A program made the translations under genes and the position numbers. The notes below the pieces were generated by a model, which was not told the origin of the DNA, searched no databases, and was given only the letters and a program-made list of their open reading frames with translations. Positions 11,062-19,979 of a stretch of 64,000 bases of DNA are shown here, one piece after another. The DNA is from an uncultured Candidatus Saccharibacteria bacterium (GTDB taxonomy: Bacteria > Patescibacteriota > Saccharimonadia > CAILAD01 > GCA-016700035), in NCBI GenBank assembly GCA_964583675.1, contig CAZOVH010000002.1, positions 71,548-135,547 of the forward strand, read 5' to 3'. Each line of letters opens with the position of its first letter. Positions within the stretch are counted from its first letter, which is position 1.

Positions 11062-11067
11062 TCCCCG

Positions 11068-11095
11068 CCCCGACACATTGTCGGGGTTATTTTTT
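11068..11095 (+). terminator. Intrinsic terminator of unit 3
   Basis: CCCCGACA-CAT-TGTCGGGG then TTATTTTTT. Confidence 0.75.
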
Positions 11096-12745
11096 ACCAA
11101 CAAAACGCTCTTCGCCACCAATGTTCTTAGCAAAAAAGCTATCGTGCGAGATATAGAGAATTGCCCCTTCGTAGCGTTTTAAGGCATTTTCTAGCTCCTC
11201 AATAGAGGGCAAATCTAGATGGTTGGTTGGTTCATCGAGAATAAGCACGTTCGGACGCTGTGCAAACAGTGCAATTAGCTGAATTCTGGCTTTTTGACCA
11301 CCCGACAGCTGCTCAACTGGAATAGCACCATCGTGCCTTTCAAACAGATATTCTCGCAGAGTTTTTGCTATTGCCTCATCATTAACCGCCCTACCGGCTC
11401 GCGAATAAACATCGGCCACCGCTTCGGCGAGCGTCATGGTGAGATACCGAGCATCAATTTCTTGCTCATATCTACCCAACACCAAAGACGACGAACACTC
11501 AATGACACCAGCAAACACCGTACTCTCAAGAGCACCCCCTTTGGCAGTTGCCGTAATTGCATCCACAAGTGTTGTTTTTCCAGCACCATTACGACCCACA
11601 ATATGCACCCTCTCACCTGCGCGCAACTCAAAACCCATATCTGCAAACAATGGTTCGACGTAGCCCAAAGACAGCTCATCAATGCGAACAAGGCTCGCTG
11701 CGTTGCCAGCAACCGACTCGCGCGCACCACGTAAGTTAATTGATTTAGCCTTATATTTTTCGTATTGTTCACTTTGACCACGCTTCAAGCCCTGTACCGA
11801 CTCTTGATCAATCCAGATTGTTGGCTTAGAGATACGTTCTTCCAGCTCAGCAATTTCCCGTTGCAAACGGCGCACAAGTGGAATAAAGGGGTTGGGGCTT
11901 TGTTTTGTGCGAACTTTTTTTAGTTCAGCCTGCTTGAGGGCTTCCCGTCGATTTTCTAAGGTTTTTACATCAACCTCATACTGATGCATCGCGCTCGCTG
12001 AGCTGACAGTGTTCTGCTTGAGATAGGCTTCATAATTTCCTGGATAACTCTGCAATTTTTGATCTTTTAGCTCAAGTACCCTATCCGTACAGGCAAGCAC
12101 ATCTCGGTCGTGCGAGATAACCAATACAGCCGAGCGAACCTCTTTGAGCCAGGCCGTAAAACTAGCCTTCGCGACATAATCCATGTGGTTAGTTGGCTCA
12201 TCTAGAATTAACAGATCGGCGTTTGAATATTCAATTTGCACCAGTTGCGCAAAACGCTTTTGCCCACCGGAAAGATCACCAAACTTACCAGCGATCTGCC
12301 CTGTAGTAAGCTGATAGGCTTTGAGCGATTCAACCACCTGATCTTTCACATGATAATAGCCCAACTCATCATAGCGCTCGAGCGCATTAGTATATTCTTC
12401 GATGAGCTTCATATCATCACTCATCATATCCGGATAAGTGTCAATTATCTGGGTAAGACGAGTATAGTCGCGTAAGCCAGCCAAAACGTAATCCACAACC
12501 GATAGATCGGCATCTACCGAGTGCTGTTCCTGCTCGGTAGTAAGAATAACCACACCCTTGCGCAATCGAACCGAGCCGATATAATCAGCATCTTCTCCAG
12601 TAATAATTCGTGCAAGCGTAGACTTACCTACCCCATTGCGCCCGATAAATCCCACAACTTCACCAGCCTGGATTTGTAGCTCGGTATTTTTGAGAAGCAC
12701 GTTTGCGCCAGCTTGTTTCTCATCAATCTTGACTTCTAGTAACAT
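11087..12745 (-). CDS. ABC-F family ATPase (ribosome-associated, two NBDs)
   Basis: GRNGVGKST / LSGGQ / LDEPTNH and GRNGAGKTT / LSGGQ / LDEPTNH; no TM segments; likely ATG at 12745. Confidence 0.93.
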   Translation of the reverse strand: MLLEVKIDEKQAGANVLLKNTELQIQAGEVVGFIGRNGVGKSTLARIITGEDADYIGSVRLRKGVVILTTEQEQHSVDADLSVVDYVLAGLRDYTRLTQIIDTYPDMMSDDMKLIEEYTNALERYDELGYYHVKDQVVESLKAYQLTTGQIAGKFGDLSGGQKRFAQLVQIEYSNADLLILDEPTNHMDYVAKASFTAWLKEVRSAVLVISHDRDVLACTDRVLELKDQKLQSYPGNYEAYLKQNTVSSASAMHQYEVDVKTLENRREALKQAELKKVRTKQSPNPFIPLVRRLQREIAELEERISKPTIWIDQESVQGLKRGQSEQYEKYKAKSINLRGARESVAGNAASLVRIDELSLGYVEPLFADMGFELRAGERVHIVGRNGAGKTTLVDAITATAKGGALESTVFAGVIECSSSLVLGRYEQEIDARYLTMTLAEAVADVYSRAGRAVNDEAIAKTLREYLFERHDGAIPVEQLSGGQKARIQLIALFAQRPNVLILDEPTNHLDLPSIEELENALKRYEGAILYISHDSFFAKNIGGEERFVGKK

Positions 12746-12781
12746 AGTTTTTCTAGTATATCTGTAAAGCATTATTTGCGC

Positions 12782-12815
12782 AAAAGAAATACGACCAGAA
12801 TATATCCTGGTCGTA
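12782..12815 (-). terminator. Intrinsic terminator of unit 4
   Basis: TACGACCAG-N8-CTGGTCGTA then TTTCTTTT on the minus strand. Confidence 0.7.
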
Positions 12816-12822
12816 AAATGCA

Positions 12823-13116
12823 CTACGGCTTATGAGCACCTCGCTGGCCAATCCTGGGAAGACTGGTGTCAACAACACCATGCGGTTGGCCGGCTGCGTC
12901 GTAGCACCTCTCGTGAAAGTGCTCAACTCGATTCCACTTGCCACGCTTGTAGACGTTGCAGATCACCTTCTTCAGCCGAACCCTTGCCTTAAAACGCAGT
13001 GGCTGATCGCAGTATTGGCACCTGGTGGTGTCACCAGGATCGATGTAGCGCAACACAGCCCGAGTACCAAGCTTTTTTGTCACCCGACTCGCGCCACCCC
13101 CATTCGCTCTTGCCAT
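12823..13116 (-). CDS. Small basic Zn-finger-like protein, CxxC...HxxC (unit 4)
   Basis: CQYC..ICNVY..HFHERCY; GGAGGG SD. Confidence 0.8.
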   Translation of the reverse strand: MARANGGGASRVTKKLGTRAVLRYIDPGDTTRCQYCDQPLRFKARVRLKKVICNVYKRGKWNRVEHFHERCYDAAGQPHGVVDTSLPRIGQRGAHKP

Positions 13117-13127
13117 AATCCCTCCGA

Positions 13128-13177
13128 AGGTACAGATTGAGTGGGCACATTTTAGTATGTAAGTACTGAGATGTCAA
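13128..13177 (-). promoter_or_regulatory. Unit 4 promoter plus GTACCT motif
   Basis: TTGACA (13172-77)-N17-TAAAAT (13149-54); GTACCT 13128-33. Confidence 0.8.
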
Positions 13178-13180
13178 TCA

Positions 13181-13849
13181 CTAGCGATAGTAGAGTTCTG
13201 CAAAGAAGCGGCCATCTTCAGGGTCTTCAAGTAAGCGCATAAGATCCGGCATACTTCGCATGTAATTTGAGTCCGTCCAATCCGGCTGCAGGTCACTCCA
13301 AAAAACTTCACCAGCGGCATGCGCTTCATAAAACTGATCCGTTTGGGCTGTACCGCGGAACATATGGAAGAAAATTTCGCTCACAGGTGCCCCATTTTCT
13401 TCAATTGTGACGTAGCCATCACCTACATGCTTGAGTTCACTTTTTAAGCCGGTCTTCTCAAATAGCTCACGATGAGCTGCCTCGTGCACCGTTTCGCCGA
13501 GATGGAGTTTACCGTATGGTAAACCAACTTGCCCCAAGAGCGGCTGTACTTTCCGCTTCATAAGTAGCCAGCGACCAAGACGATCACGGATAGCCAGCAA
13601 AATAACGATCTTGGGCTGCAAGCGTGGTTTGAGCGATTCCAGAGAAAGCGTATCAACGTAACGCTTGCCGTCTGCCGTGAGCGTATAATGCTTATCCGCT
13701 GTCTGCTCAACATAGCCTTCTTGCATGAGTGATTTTAAGTGGTAGGCAAAAAGATTGCTCTCTACGCCAGCAGGTTTGATATCTCGATAACGTAGAGAGT
13801 CTCCACGCATTAAGTTGCGCAATATAGTTCGTTGAATGTGGTGCATCAT
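13181..13849 (-). CDS. Winged-helix plus Nudix domain protein (possible regulator)
   Basis: N-terminal wHTH (NLFAYHLKSL..GYV..YTLT); Nudix box GKLHLGETVHEAAHRELFEKTGL. Confidence 0.85.
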   Translation of the reverse strand: MMHHIQRTILRNLMRGDSLRYRDIKPAGVESNLFAYHLKSLMQEGYVEQTADKHYTLTADGKRYVDTLSLESLKPRLQPKIVILLAIRDRLGRWLLMKRKVQPLLGQVGLPYGKLHLGETVHEAAHRELFEKTGLKSELKHVGDGYVTIEENGAPVSEIFFHMFRGTAQTDQFYEAHAAGEVFWSDLQPDWTDSNYMRSMPDLMRLLEDPEDGRFFAELYYR

Positions 13850-13899
13850 ACCTTCAAGTATACCATGCCTCAAATTGAGTTGAGTCAAAAAGTCTGGCC

Positions 13900-13947
13900 T
13901 AGATTACACCTTCCAGCTGCGAGATAGTGAGGGTGTTCCCAGTACCT
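13900..13947 (+). promoter_or_regulatory. Unit 5 weak promoter plus GTACCT motif
   Basis: TAGATT-N17-GATAGT (13923-28); GTACCT 13942-47; AAAGGA SD. Confidence 0.55.
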
Positions 13948-13966
13948 TGAGACTAAAGGAAAAACA

Positions 13967-14227
13967 ATGCCGGACGGGTACCACCTAGCTAGTTCAAAAA
14001 TCCGCAAAGGAGAGCTAGGAGAAATTTCAAAGATCCAGGAAGAACTCGATGAGCTCAGCGATGCTATGACTCAAGAATGTCGAATTATGGCACTCCTTGA
14101 GCTCTCGGACCTTGTCGGAACCATTGAGCTTTTTCTAGAGAAACATTTCTCTGATTTCACAATTGAAGATGTCCTCACAATGCAGCGCATTACCAAGCGA
14201 GCCTTTCAGAATGGAGCTAGAACATGA
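13967..14227 (+). CDS. MazG/PRA-PH-like all-alpha NTP pyrophosphohydrolase-like protein (unit 5)
   Basis: KIQEELDELSDA...ELSDLV acidic ExxE..ExxD pattern. Confidence 0.6.
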   Translation: MPDGYHLASSKIRKGELGEISKIQEELDELSDAMTQECRIMALLELSDLVGTIELFLEKHFSDFTIEDVLTMQRITKRAFQNGART

Positions 14228-14847
14228 ACGAGTGGTACTTTGCACAGCCCGCAATTGACTATCGCCTACTGGCCGAAGCTATCGATTTCTACTCGCAACG
14301 TGGCTATACCTACATAGAAACGCCATGGGTTGTCGAACATCGGTACGCAAATGCCACCAAGCCGGCTGATCGGAGAGATTTCTTCTGTCTCGATGGCTAT
14401 CTCGTCGCCTCTGGCGAGCAAAGCTTTATGAGTGCTATGCATTCTGGCGAACTTCAGCCCGGAGGTAAATATCAAACCGTAACACCTTGCTTCCGCGATG
14501 AAGCTGTCGACAAGCTGCATCAAACGTGGTTCTTGAAACTCGAACTAATTTGGTACCGTCCGACTCTTCCTGTTCGTTACGGCACGGTATACGAAGTTAT
14601 GAACGACGCCAACACATTCATGAGTCGTTACATCAAGACGCAGCGCACGAGCCCGTGGGTTTTCGATGAAGACCCAACTTCCGAACATGGTGCCTACACC
14701 TATGATCTGGAATCAATTGACGGAATTGAGCTCGGTTCATATGGATATCGCCACCTGCTTAGCGAACACTGGATCTACGGGACTGGGCTAGCTCTACCTC
14801 GATTTACCATCGCGAAAAATACCCAACGCACAGGAGAAACAGCATGA
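14224..14847 (+). CDS. Stand-alone class II aminoacyl-tRNA-synthetase-like catalytic domain (unit 5)
   Basis: Motif 1 GYTYIETPW, motif 2 TPCFRDE..HQTWFLKLE, motif 3 GTGLALPR; no anticodon-binding domain. Confidence 0.75.
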   Translation: MNEWYFAQPAIDYRLLAEAIDFYSQRGYTYIETPWVVEHRYANATKPADRRDFFCLDGYLVASGEQSFMSAMHSGELQPGGKYQTVTPCFRDEAVDKLHQTWFLKLELIWYRPTLPVRYGTVYEVMNDANTFMSRYIKTQRTSPWVFDEDPTSEHGAYTYDLESIDGIELGSYGYRHLLSEHWIYGTGLALPRFTIAKNTQRTGETA

Positions 14848-15068
14848 TGCACCACATTACCATTAAGGTTACGAGAGTCGATGGTGTTGGCTACGGTGGG
14901 TTTGGTACCCGTACCGACTACTATCTCACCTGCACGTGTGGCTTCTCGCGCTACGCAGACCCTATCGGTAAAAGAGACGCAACTGCACTCCATGCCACCC
15001 AACACCTCCTGGAGAGCATCATCGCTGAACTGGGTCTCGACTGCTCCATGAACCTCAGCTACCACTAA
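14844..15068 (+). CDS. Small hypothetical protein, CxC...H...H (unit 5)
   Basis: ATGA overlap with the previous gene; followed by a terminator. Confidence 0.65.
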   Translation: MMHHITIKVTRVDGVGYGGFGTRTDYYLTCTCGFSRYADPIGKRDATALHATQHLLESIIAELGLDCSMNLSYH

Positions 15069-15079
15069 CCCCTTAAACG

Positions 15080-15110
15080 AGTAAGCCCCTCGCTTGAGGG
15101 GTTTACTTTT
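15080..15110 (+). terminator. Intrinsic terminator of unit 5
   Basis: AGTAAGCCCCTC-GCTT-GAGGGGTTTACT-TTT. Confidence 0.8.
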
Positions 15111-15129
15111 GGATATACATTGCGGTTAA

Positions 15130-15249
15130 GACCAGCTTATCTCGATGTGAAGCAAGGCAGACTAAAACCCATTTCGTAAGGCGTACTAGAACGTACGGTG
15201 TCGAAATGGGTTTTAAGTTTAACGCAGCTAAACGCGAGAGAGGCTGGTC
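15130..15249. repeat. Nested palindromic (multi-stem) element downstream of rpsG
   Basis: Outer stem 15130-44/15235-49, inner 14-bp stem 15163-76/15202-15, small GTAC/GTAC stem. Confidence 0.65.
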
Positions 15250-15255
15250 GGATTA

Positions 15256-15732
15256 CTAGTACCGGGCAAAGTGCGCAAACGCCTTGTTAGCCTCAGCCAT
15301 CTGATGAGTATCAGCCTTCTTCTTGATGGCATCACCCTGGTTGTTGTAGGCATCCAAGAGTTCGTTTGCGAGACGCTTATCGAAGCTCTTACCTTCTTTG
15401 GCGCGAGCAGCATCCAAGATCCAAACCATTGCGTAATGAATGCGTCGATCTGGCTTCACTTCCATCGGCACCTGATAGTTTGCACCACCAACACGACGGG
15501 AACGAACCTGTACGTGTGGGCTGGCATTTTTAATAGCGCCTTCGAAGATTTCCATCGCGTCAGCTTTACCTTTTGTAGAAGCTTCTGTGAGAGCATCATA
15601 CACGAGGTTTTCGGCAAGACGCTTTTTACCGCTCTTCATCACCTTGTTAATCATGCGTGTTACAAGCACAGAGTTGTACTGCATGTCTGGAGCGAGTTCG
15701 CGCTTGAGGGATTTAGTCTTTTTTCGTGGCAT
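15256..15732 (-). CDS. rpsG: 30S ribosomal protein S7 (ATG 15732)
   Basis: MPRKK..SRRVGGANYQVP..HQMAEANKAFAH. Confidence 0.99.
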   Translation of the reverse strand: MPRKKTKSLKRELAPDMQYNSVLVTRMINKVMKSGKKRLAENLVYDALTEASTKGKADAMEIFEGAIKNASPHVQVRSRRVGGANYQVPMEVKPDRRIHYAMVWILDAARAKEGKSFDKRLANELLDAYNNQGDAIKKKADTHQMAEANKAFAHFARY

Positions 15733-15733
15733 A

Positions 15734-16156
15734 CTATTCTCCCTTCGCCTTCTCGAGCTTAGCGCCATACTTAGATCGGCCCTGCTTACGGTTGGCGACA
15801 CCGGCTGTGTCGAACGAACCACGCACTACGTGATAACGAACACCTGGAAGGTCTTTTACTCGACCACCGCGCACGAGCACTACTGAGTGCTCCTGCAGGT
15901 TGTGGCCAATTCCACCAATGTAGGCAGTTACTTCCATGCCGTTAGTGAGGCGCACACGGGCAACCTTACGGAGCGCTGAGTTTGGTTTCTTTGGAGTTTG
16001 GGTGAATACCTTGGTACACACACCGCGCTTCAAAGGTGCGTCCAATGGACGAACGCGACCTTTGAGAGCGTTGAGACTACGGCTCAAGGCTGGCGACTTA
16101 CTTTTGCGTCGAGCCTTGGCGCGTGGTTTGCGAATGAGTTGGTTAATCGTTGGCAT
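15734..16156 (-). CDS. rpsL: 30S ribosomal protein S12
   Basis: [29 protein letters not shown]. Confidence 0.99.
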   Translation of the reverse strand: MPTINQLIRKPRAKARRKSKSPALSRSLNALKGRVRPLDAPLKRGVCTKVFTQTPKKPNSALRKVARVRLTNGMEVTAYIGGIGHNLQEHSVVLVRGGRVKDLPGVRYHVVRGSFDTAGVANRKQGRSKYGAKLEKAKGE

Positions 16157-16179
16157 AAAACCTCAGTATCTTATCAGAT

Positions 16180-19100
16180 TTACGCCTTCTGGTCAACCTG
16201 GTCATCGTCGTCTGTACGAAAACCGGTACCTACTGGGATCAATCGACCAATGATCACATTCTCTTTCAGGCCACGAAGCTTATCGACCTTACCGCGCAAA
16301 GCTGCTCCAATCAGCACCTTCATCGTCTCCTGGAAGGAAGCGGCAGAGAGCCAGCTATCAGATGAGATGGAGATCTTAGAGATTGGCATAAGCAGCTGCT
16401 CATAGGTTGCTGGTGTCTTCTTAGCTTCCTCGGCGGCACGATTAGCCTCCCACAGAGCTGTCTTGGAGATAACATCTCCAGCGATAAACTCAGTGTCATT
16501 TGGCTCTTCGATGCGTACGCGACTAAACATCTGACGAATGATCACTTCGATGTGCTTAGAAGCAATCGTCTGTCCCTGTGAAGCATAGATAGCCTGCACT
16601 TCGTCAACGATGTAGCGCTCTACAGCTTCGGCACCCAAGAGTCGGAGCATGTCCTGTAGGTTCACAGAACCTTCAGAGAGACGCTGACCAACAGTTACGA
16701 GGTCACCATTCTTCACCTTGAGGGTCACGTAATCAGGGAGTGTGTATTCCTTGATATTGCCACCTTCGTGGGTTAGCTCGATTCGACCTTTTGCAACCTT
16801 TACGGTTCCATCGGCACCCGCTTTAACGGTACGCTTACCAGTTTCGTTCTGGGCCAATACGTCACCCTTGGCTACTTCCGCGCCAGTCTTAACGGTCGGC
16901 TTCATGCCTTCCTTGAGGTCATATGGAGTGATCTTAAGATCAGCTGGGGCAATACGTAGTACTTGCTTACCTTCGGTAGCCTTAAGTGTAACCACACCAT
17001 CGATTTCAGCAAGGATCGCTTCACCACGTGGGTTACGGGCTTCAAAGATTTCCTCAACACGTGGGAGACCCTGCGTGATGTCGGCAGCCGAGGCTACACC
17101 ACCGGCGTGGAAGGTACGCATGGTGAGCTGTGTCCCTGGTTCACCGATAGACTGAGCGGCCATAATTCCCACGGCTTCACCGGTTTCTACCAAGTGACCA
17201 CGAGCAAGATCAGTACCATAACAGTGCTTACAAATTCCCCAAGCGAGGGTACATTTGAGGATCGAGCGAATGGTTACGGTTTCGATACCAGTATCGGTAA
17301 TTTCGCGAGCCATCTCATCGGTTACCAGCTCGCCGGCCTTCACGATTGTGCGGCGTCCATCTTTTACATCGGCAGCAACATAGCGACCAACAATCCATGG
17401 AGCTAAGCTATCCTGACCAGCAGCCTGAGCTTCTGAGAGGTGTACCTTATAGCCTTCCTTATCGCCACAGTCGTCGGCAGCAATCATCACGTCCTGTGCC
17501 ACATCTACGAGACGACGAGTGAGATATCCCGATTCTGCAGTCTTGAGGGCTGTGTCGGTAAGACCCTTACGAGCACCGTGTGAGGAGATGAAGTATTCGA
17601 GGATCGAAAGACCTTCTTTATAGTTGCTCTTCACCGGAAGCTCGATAGTTCCACCAGTCGAGTTGAGCACCAAGCCCTTCATGCCGGCCATCTGGTTGGC
17701 CTGTCCAACGGTCGCACGAGCACCGCTTTCAATGTCCATCGCGAGGGTTGAGCTGTTTGGATTAAGCTCGGCTGTAAGTTCAGCTTCAATCTGTTCGCCA
17801 ACCTCTTTCCAAGTCTCAACAGTGCGCTCTTTACGCTCTTCGTTAGTGATCAGACCCTGCTGATACTGCGAGGTAATCGCCAAGGTTCGCTTTTCACCGT
17901 CATCGAGCAGTTGAGCTTTCTTCTTCGGAGTTTGGAGATCATCCATACCAAGCGAGAAGCCAGATTCGGTGGCAAACTGATAGCCAATCTCTTTAATGCG
18001 GTCGGCCACCTGAGCGGTTTCTTCACCACCAAAGCCCGTGAAGACTTTTGCGAGCACACCCTTAAGCTTCGACTTGGTCATAGCATCGTTCTGGAAGGAC
18101 ATACCTTCTGGAAGCACTTCGTTAAAGAGAATACGTCCAGCTGAACTTTCCAGCACTTCGCCCTGAATCTTTACACGAATTTTAGCGCGCAAGTGTACAG
18201 CTGCCTGCTGATACGCCATTATTGCTTCTTCTACCGAGGTAAATGCCTTGCCTTCACCCTTCGCACCATCGTCAAAACTGGTCATATAGAAACAGCCGAG
18301 TACGATTTCGTGTGATGGATTTACAATCGGCTCACCTGAAGATGGCTTCAAGAGGTTGCGGCTAGCAAGCATGATTTCGCGAGCTTCTTTCTGAGCAGCA
18401 TCCGAGAGTGGAACATGCACAGCCATCTGGTCACCATCGAAGTCGGCGTTAAAGGCCGCACACACCAATGGATGGAGCTGAATAGCCTTACCTTCGATCA
18501 ATACCGGCTTGAAAGCCTGGATAGAAAGTCGGTGCAAGGTCGGTGCGCGGTTGAGGAGCACATACTTACCAGTAATCACTTCTTCCAAAGTGTCCCACAC
18601 TTCTGTGCGAGCGCGTTCAATCATTCGAGCGGCGCTCTTTACGTTGTGGGCATACTCTTTTTCGATAAGCTTAGAGATAACAAATGGCTTGAAGAGCTCC
18701 AGTGCCATCATCTTTGGCAAACCACACTCGTCGAGTTTGAGGTGTGGACCAACTACGATTACCGAACGGCCCGAGTAGTCTACGCGCTTACCCAAGAGGT
18801 TCTGACGGAAGCGACCCTGCTTACCTTTGAGGAGGTCTGTAAGGCTCTTGAGCTTCTTGCGTGAACCACCAACGGCAGTAACAGCGCGCTCACGACGAGC
18901 ATTGTTGTCGATGAGAGCGTCGACAGCTTCTTGAAGCATACGCTTTTCGTTACGGCAAATTACCTCTGGAGCAGCCAAATCGTAGAGTTTTTTCAGACGA
19001 TTGTTGCGATTAATCACACGACGGTAGAGATCATTCAGGTCGGAAGCAGCAAAACGACCACCATCCAGCTGTACCATTGGGCGCAAGTCTGGTGGAATAA

Positions 19101-19977
19101 CCGGCAATTCAGAAATTACCATCCACTCTGGCTTAAGTCCGGCCTGCTGCATACCCTCTACGGCCTTGAGACGCTTCAAAGCCTTACGCTTACGCTGACC
19201 AGCTGTAGTTGCAGCCTCTTCACGCAATTCTTCGGCGAGCTTATCAAGCTCAACTTCTGAGAGGAGCTCACGAATGGCCTCAGCACCGATACCGGCCTTA
19301 AATACGTTGCCGTACTTAATGTTGAGTTCACGATACATACCTTCTGGCAAGAGCTGGTACTTAGCGAGTGCTTCAAGCTCATTTTTTGCAGTGAGATAGT
19401 TGGTTTCGAGATCAGCTAGCTCCTTAGCAGCTTCTTCTGTGAGATTCGACTCATCGGTAACTTCATGCTTGGTGATGATTTCTTTCTTGTAGCCCTGGTA
19501 GTCAGAGTTAAGATCAGTCAAAGCCTTTTCACGAGCTTCATCATCAACTGATTGCACGATGAAGTTTGCAAAGTAAGTTACACGTTCCAAGTCACGCACG
19601 CTCATATTAAGAAGCGTACCAATCGAGCTTGGGGTACCGCGCAGGAACCAAATGTGGCTCACTGGGACTGCCAAGTGGATGTGACCCATGCGCTCGCGTC
19701 GTACGATTGAACGAGTTACGAGTACGCCACACTTATCACAAACAATACCCTTGTAGCGAATACCTTTGTATTTACCACAGTAACACTGCCAGTCCTTGGT
19801 TGGCCCAAAGATCTTTTCGCAGAACAAGCCGTCTTTTTCTGGTTTTTGTGTGCGGTAGTTAATGGTTTCTGGCTTGGTAACTTCACCATGGCTCCAGTCC
19901 AAGATGTGCTCTGGGCTAGCCAGCGCCAACTTGATGGAAGTGAAGTCGATGGTTGGTTGGTTAAAGTCCTGTTGCAT
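16180..19977 (-). CDS. rpoC: RNA polymerase beta' subunit
   Basis: [42 protein letters not shown]. Confidence 0.99.
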   Translation of the reverse strand: MQQDFNQPTIDFTSIKLALASPEHILDWSHGEVTKPETINYRTQKPEKDGLFCEKIFGPTKDWQCYCGKYKGIRYKGIVCDKCGVLVTRSIVRRERMGHIHLAVPVSHIWFLRGTPSSIGTLLNMSVRDLERVTYFANFIVQSVDDEAREKALTDLNSDYQGYKKEIITKHEVTDESNLTEEAAKELADLETNYLTAKNELEALAKYQLLPEGMYRELNIKYGNVFKAGIGAEAIRELLSEVELDKLAEELREEAATTAGQRKRKALKRLKAVEGMQQAGLKPEWMVISELPVIPPDLRPMVQLDGGRFAASDLNDLYRRVINRNNRLKKLYDLAAPEVICRNEKRMLQEAVDALIDNNARRERAVTAVGGSRKKLKSLTDLLKGKQGRFRQNLLGKRVDYSGRSVIVVGPHLKLDECGLPKMMALELFKPFVISKLIEKEYAHNVKSAARMIERARTEVWDTLEEVITGKYVLLNRAPTLHRLSIQAFKPVLIEGKAIQLHPLVCAAFNADFDGDQMAVHVPLSDAAQKEAREIMLASRNLLKPSSGEPIVNPSHEIVLGCFYMTSFDDGAKGEGKAFTSVEEAIMAYQQAAVHLRAKIRVKIQGEVLESSAGRILFNEVLPEGMSFQNDAMTKSKLKGVLAKVFTGFGGEETAQVADRIKEIGYQFATESGFSLGMDDLQTPKKKAQLLDDGEKRTLAITSQYQQGLITNEERKERTVETWKEVGEQIEAELTAELNPNSSTLAMDIESGARATVGQANQMAGMKGLVLNSTGGTIELPVKSNYKEGLSILEYFISSHGARKGLTDTALKTAESGYLTRRLVDVAQDVMIAADDCGDKEGYKVHLSEAQAAGQDSLAPWIVGRYVAADVKDGRRTIVKAGELVTDEMAREITDTGIETVTIRSILKCTLAWGICKHCYGTDLARGHLVETGEAVGIMAAQSIGEPGTQLTMRTFHAGGVASAADITQGLPRVEEIFEARNPRGEAILAEIDGVVTLKATEGKQVLRIAPADLKITPYDLKEGMKPTVKTGAEVAKGDVLAQNETGKRTVKAGADGTVKVAKGRIELTHEGGNIKEYTLPDYVTLKVKNGDLVTVGQRLSEGSVNLQDMLRLLGAEAVERYIVDEVQAIYASQGQTIASKHIEVIIRQMFSRVRIEEPNDTEFIAGDVISKTALWEANRAAEEAKKTPATYEQLLMPISKISISSDSWLSAASFQETMKVLIGAALRGKVDKLRGLKENVIIGRLIPVGTGFRTDDDDQVDQKA

Positions 19978-19979
19978 GA

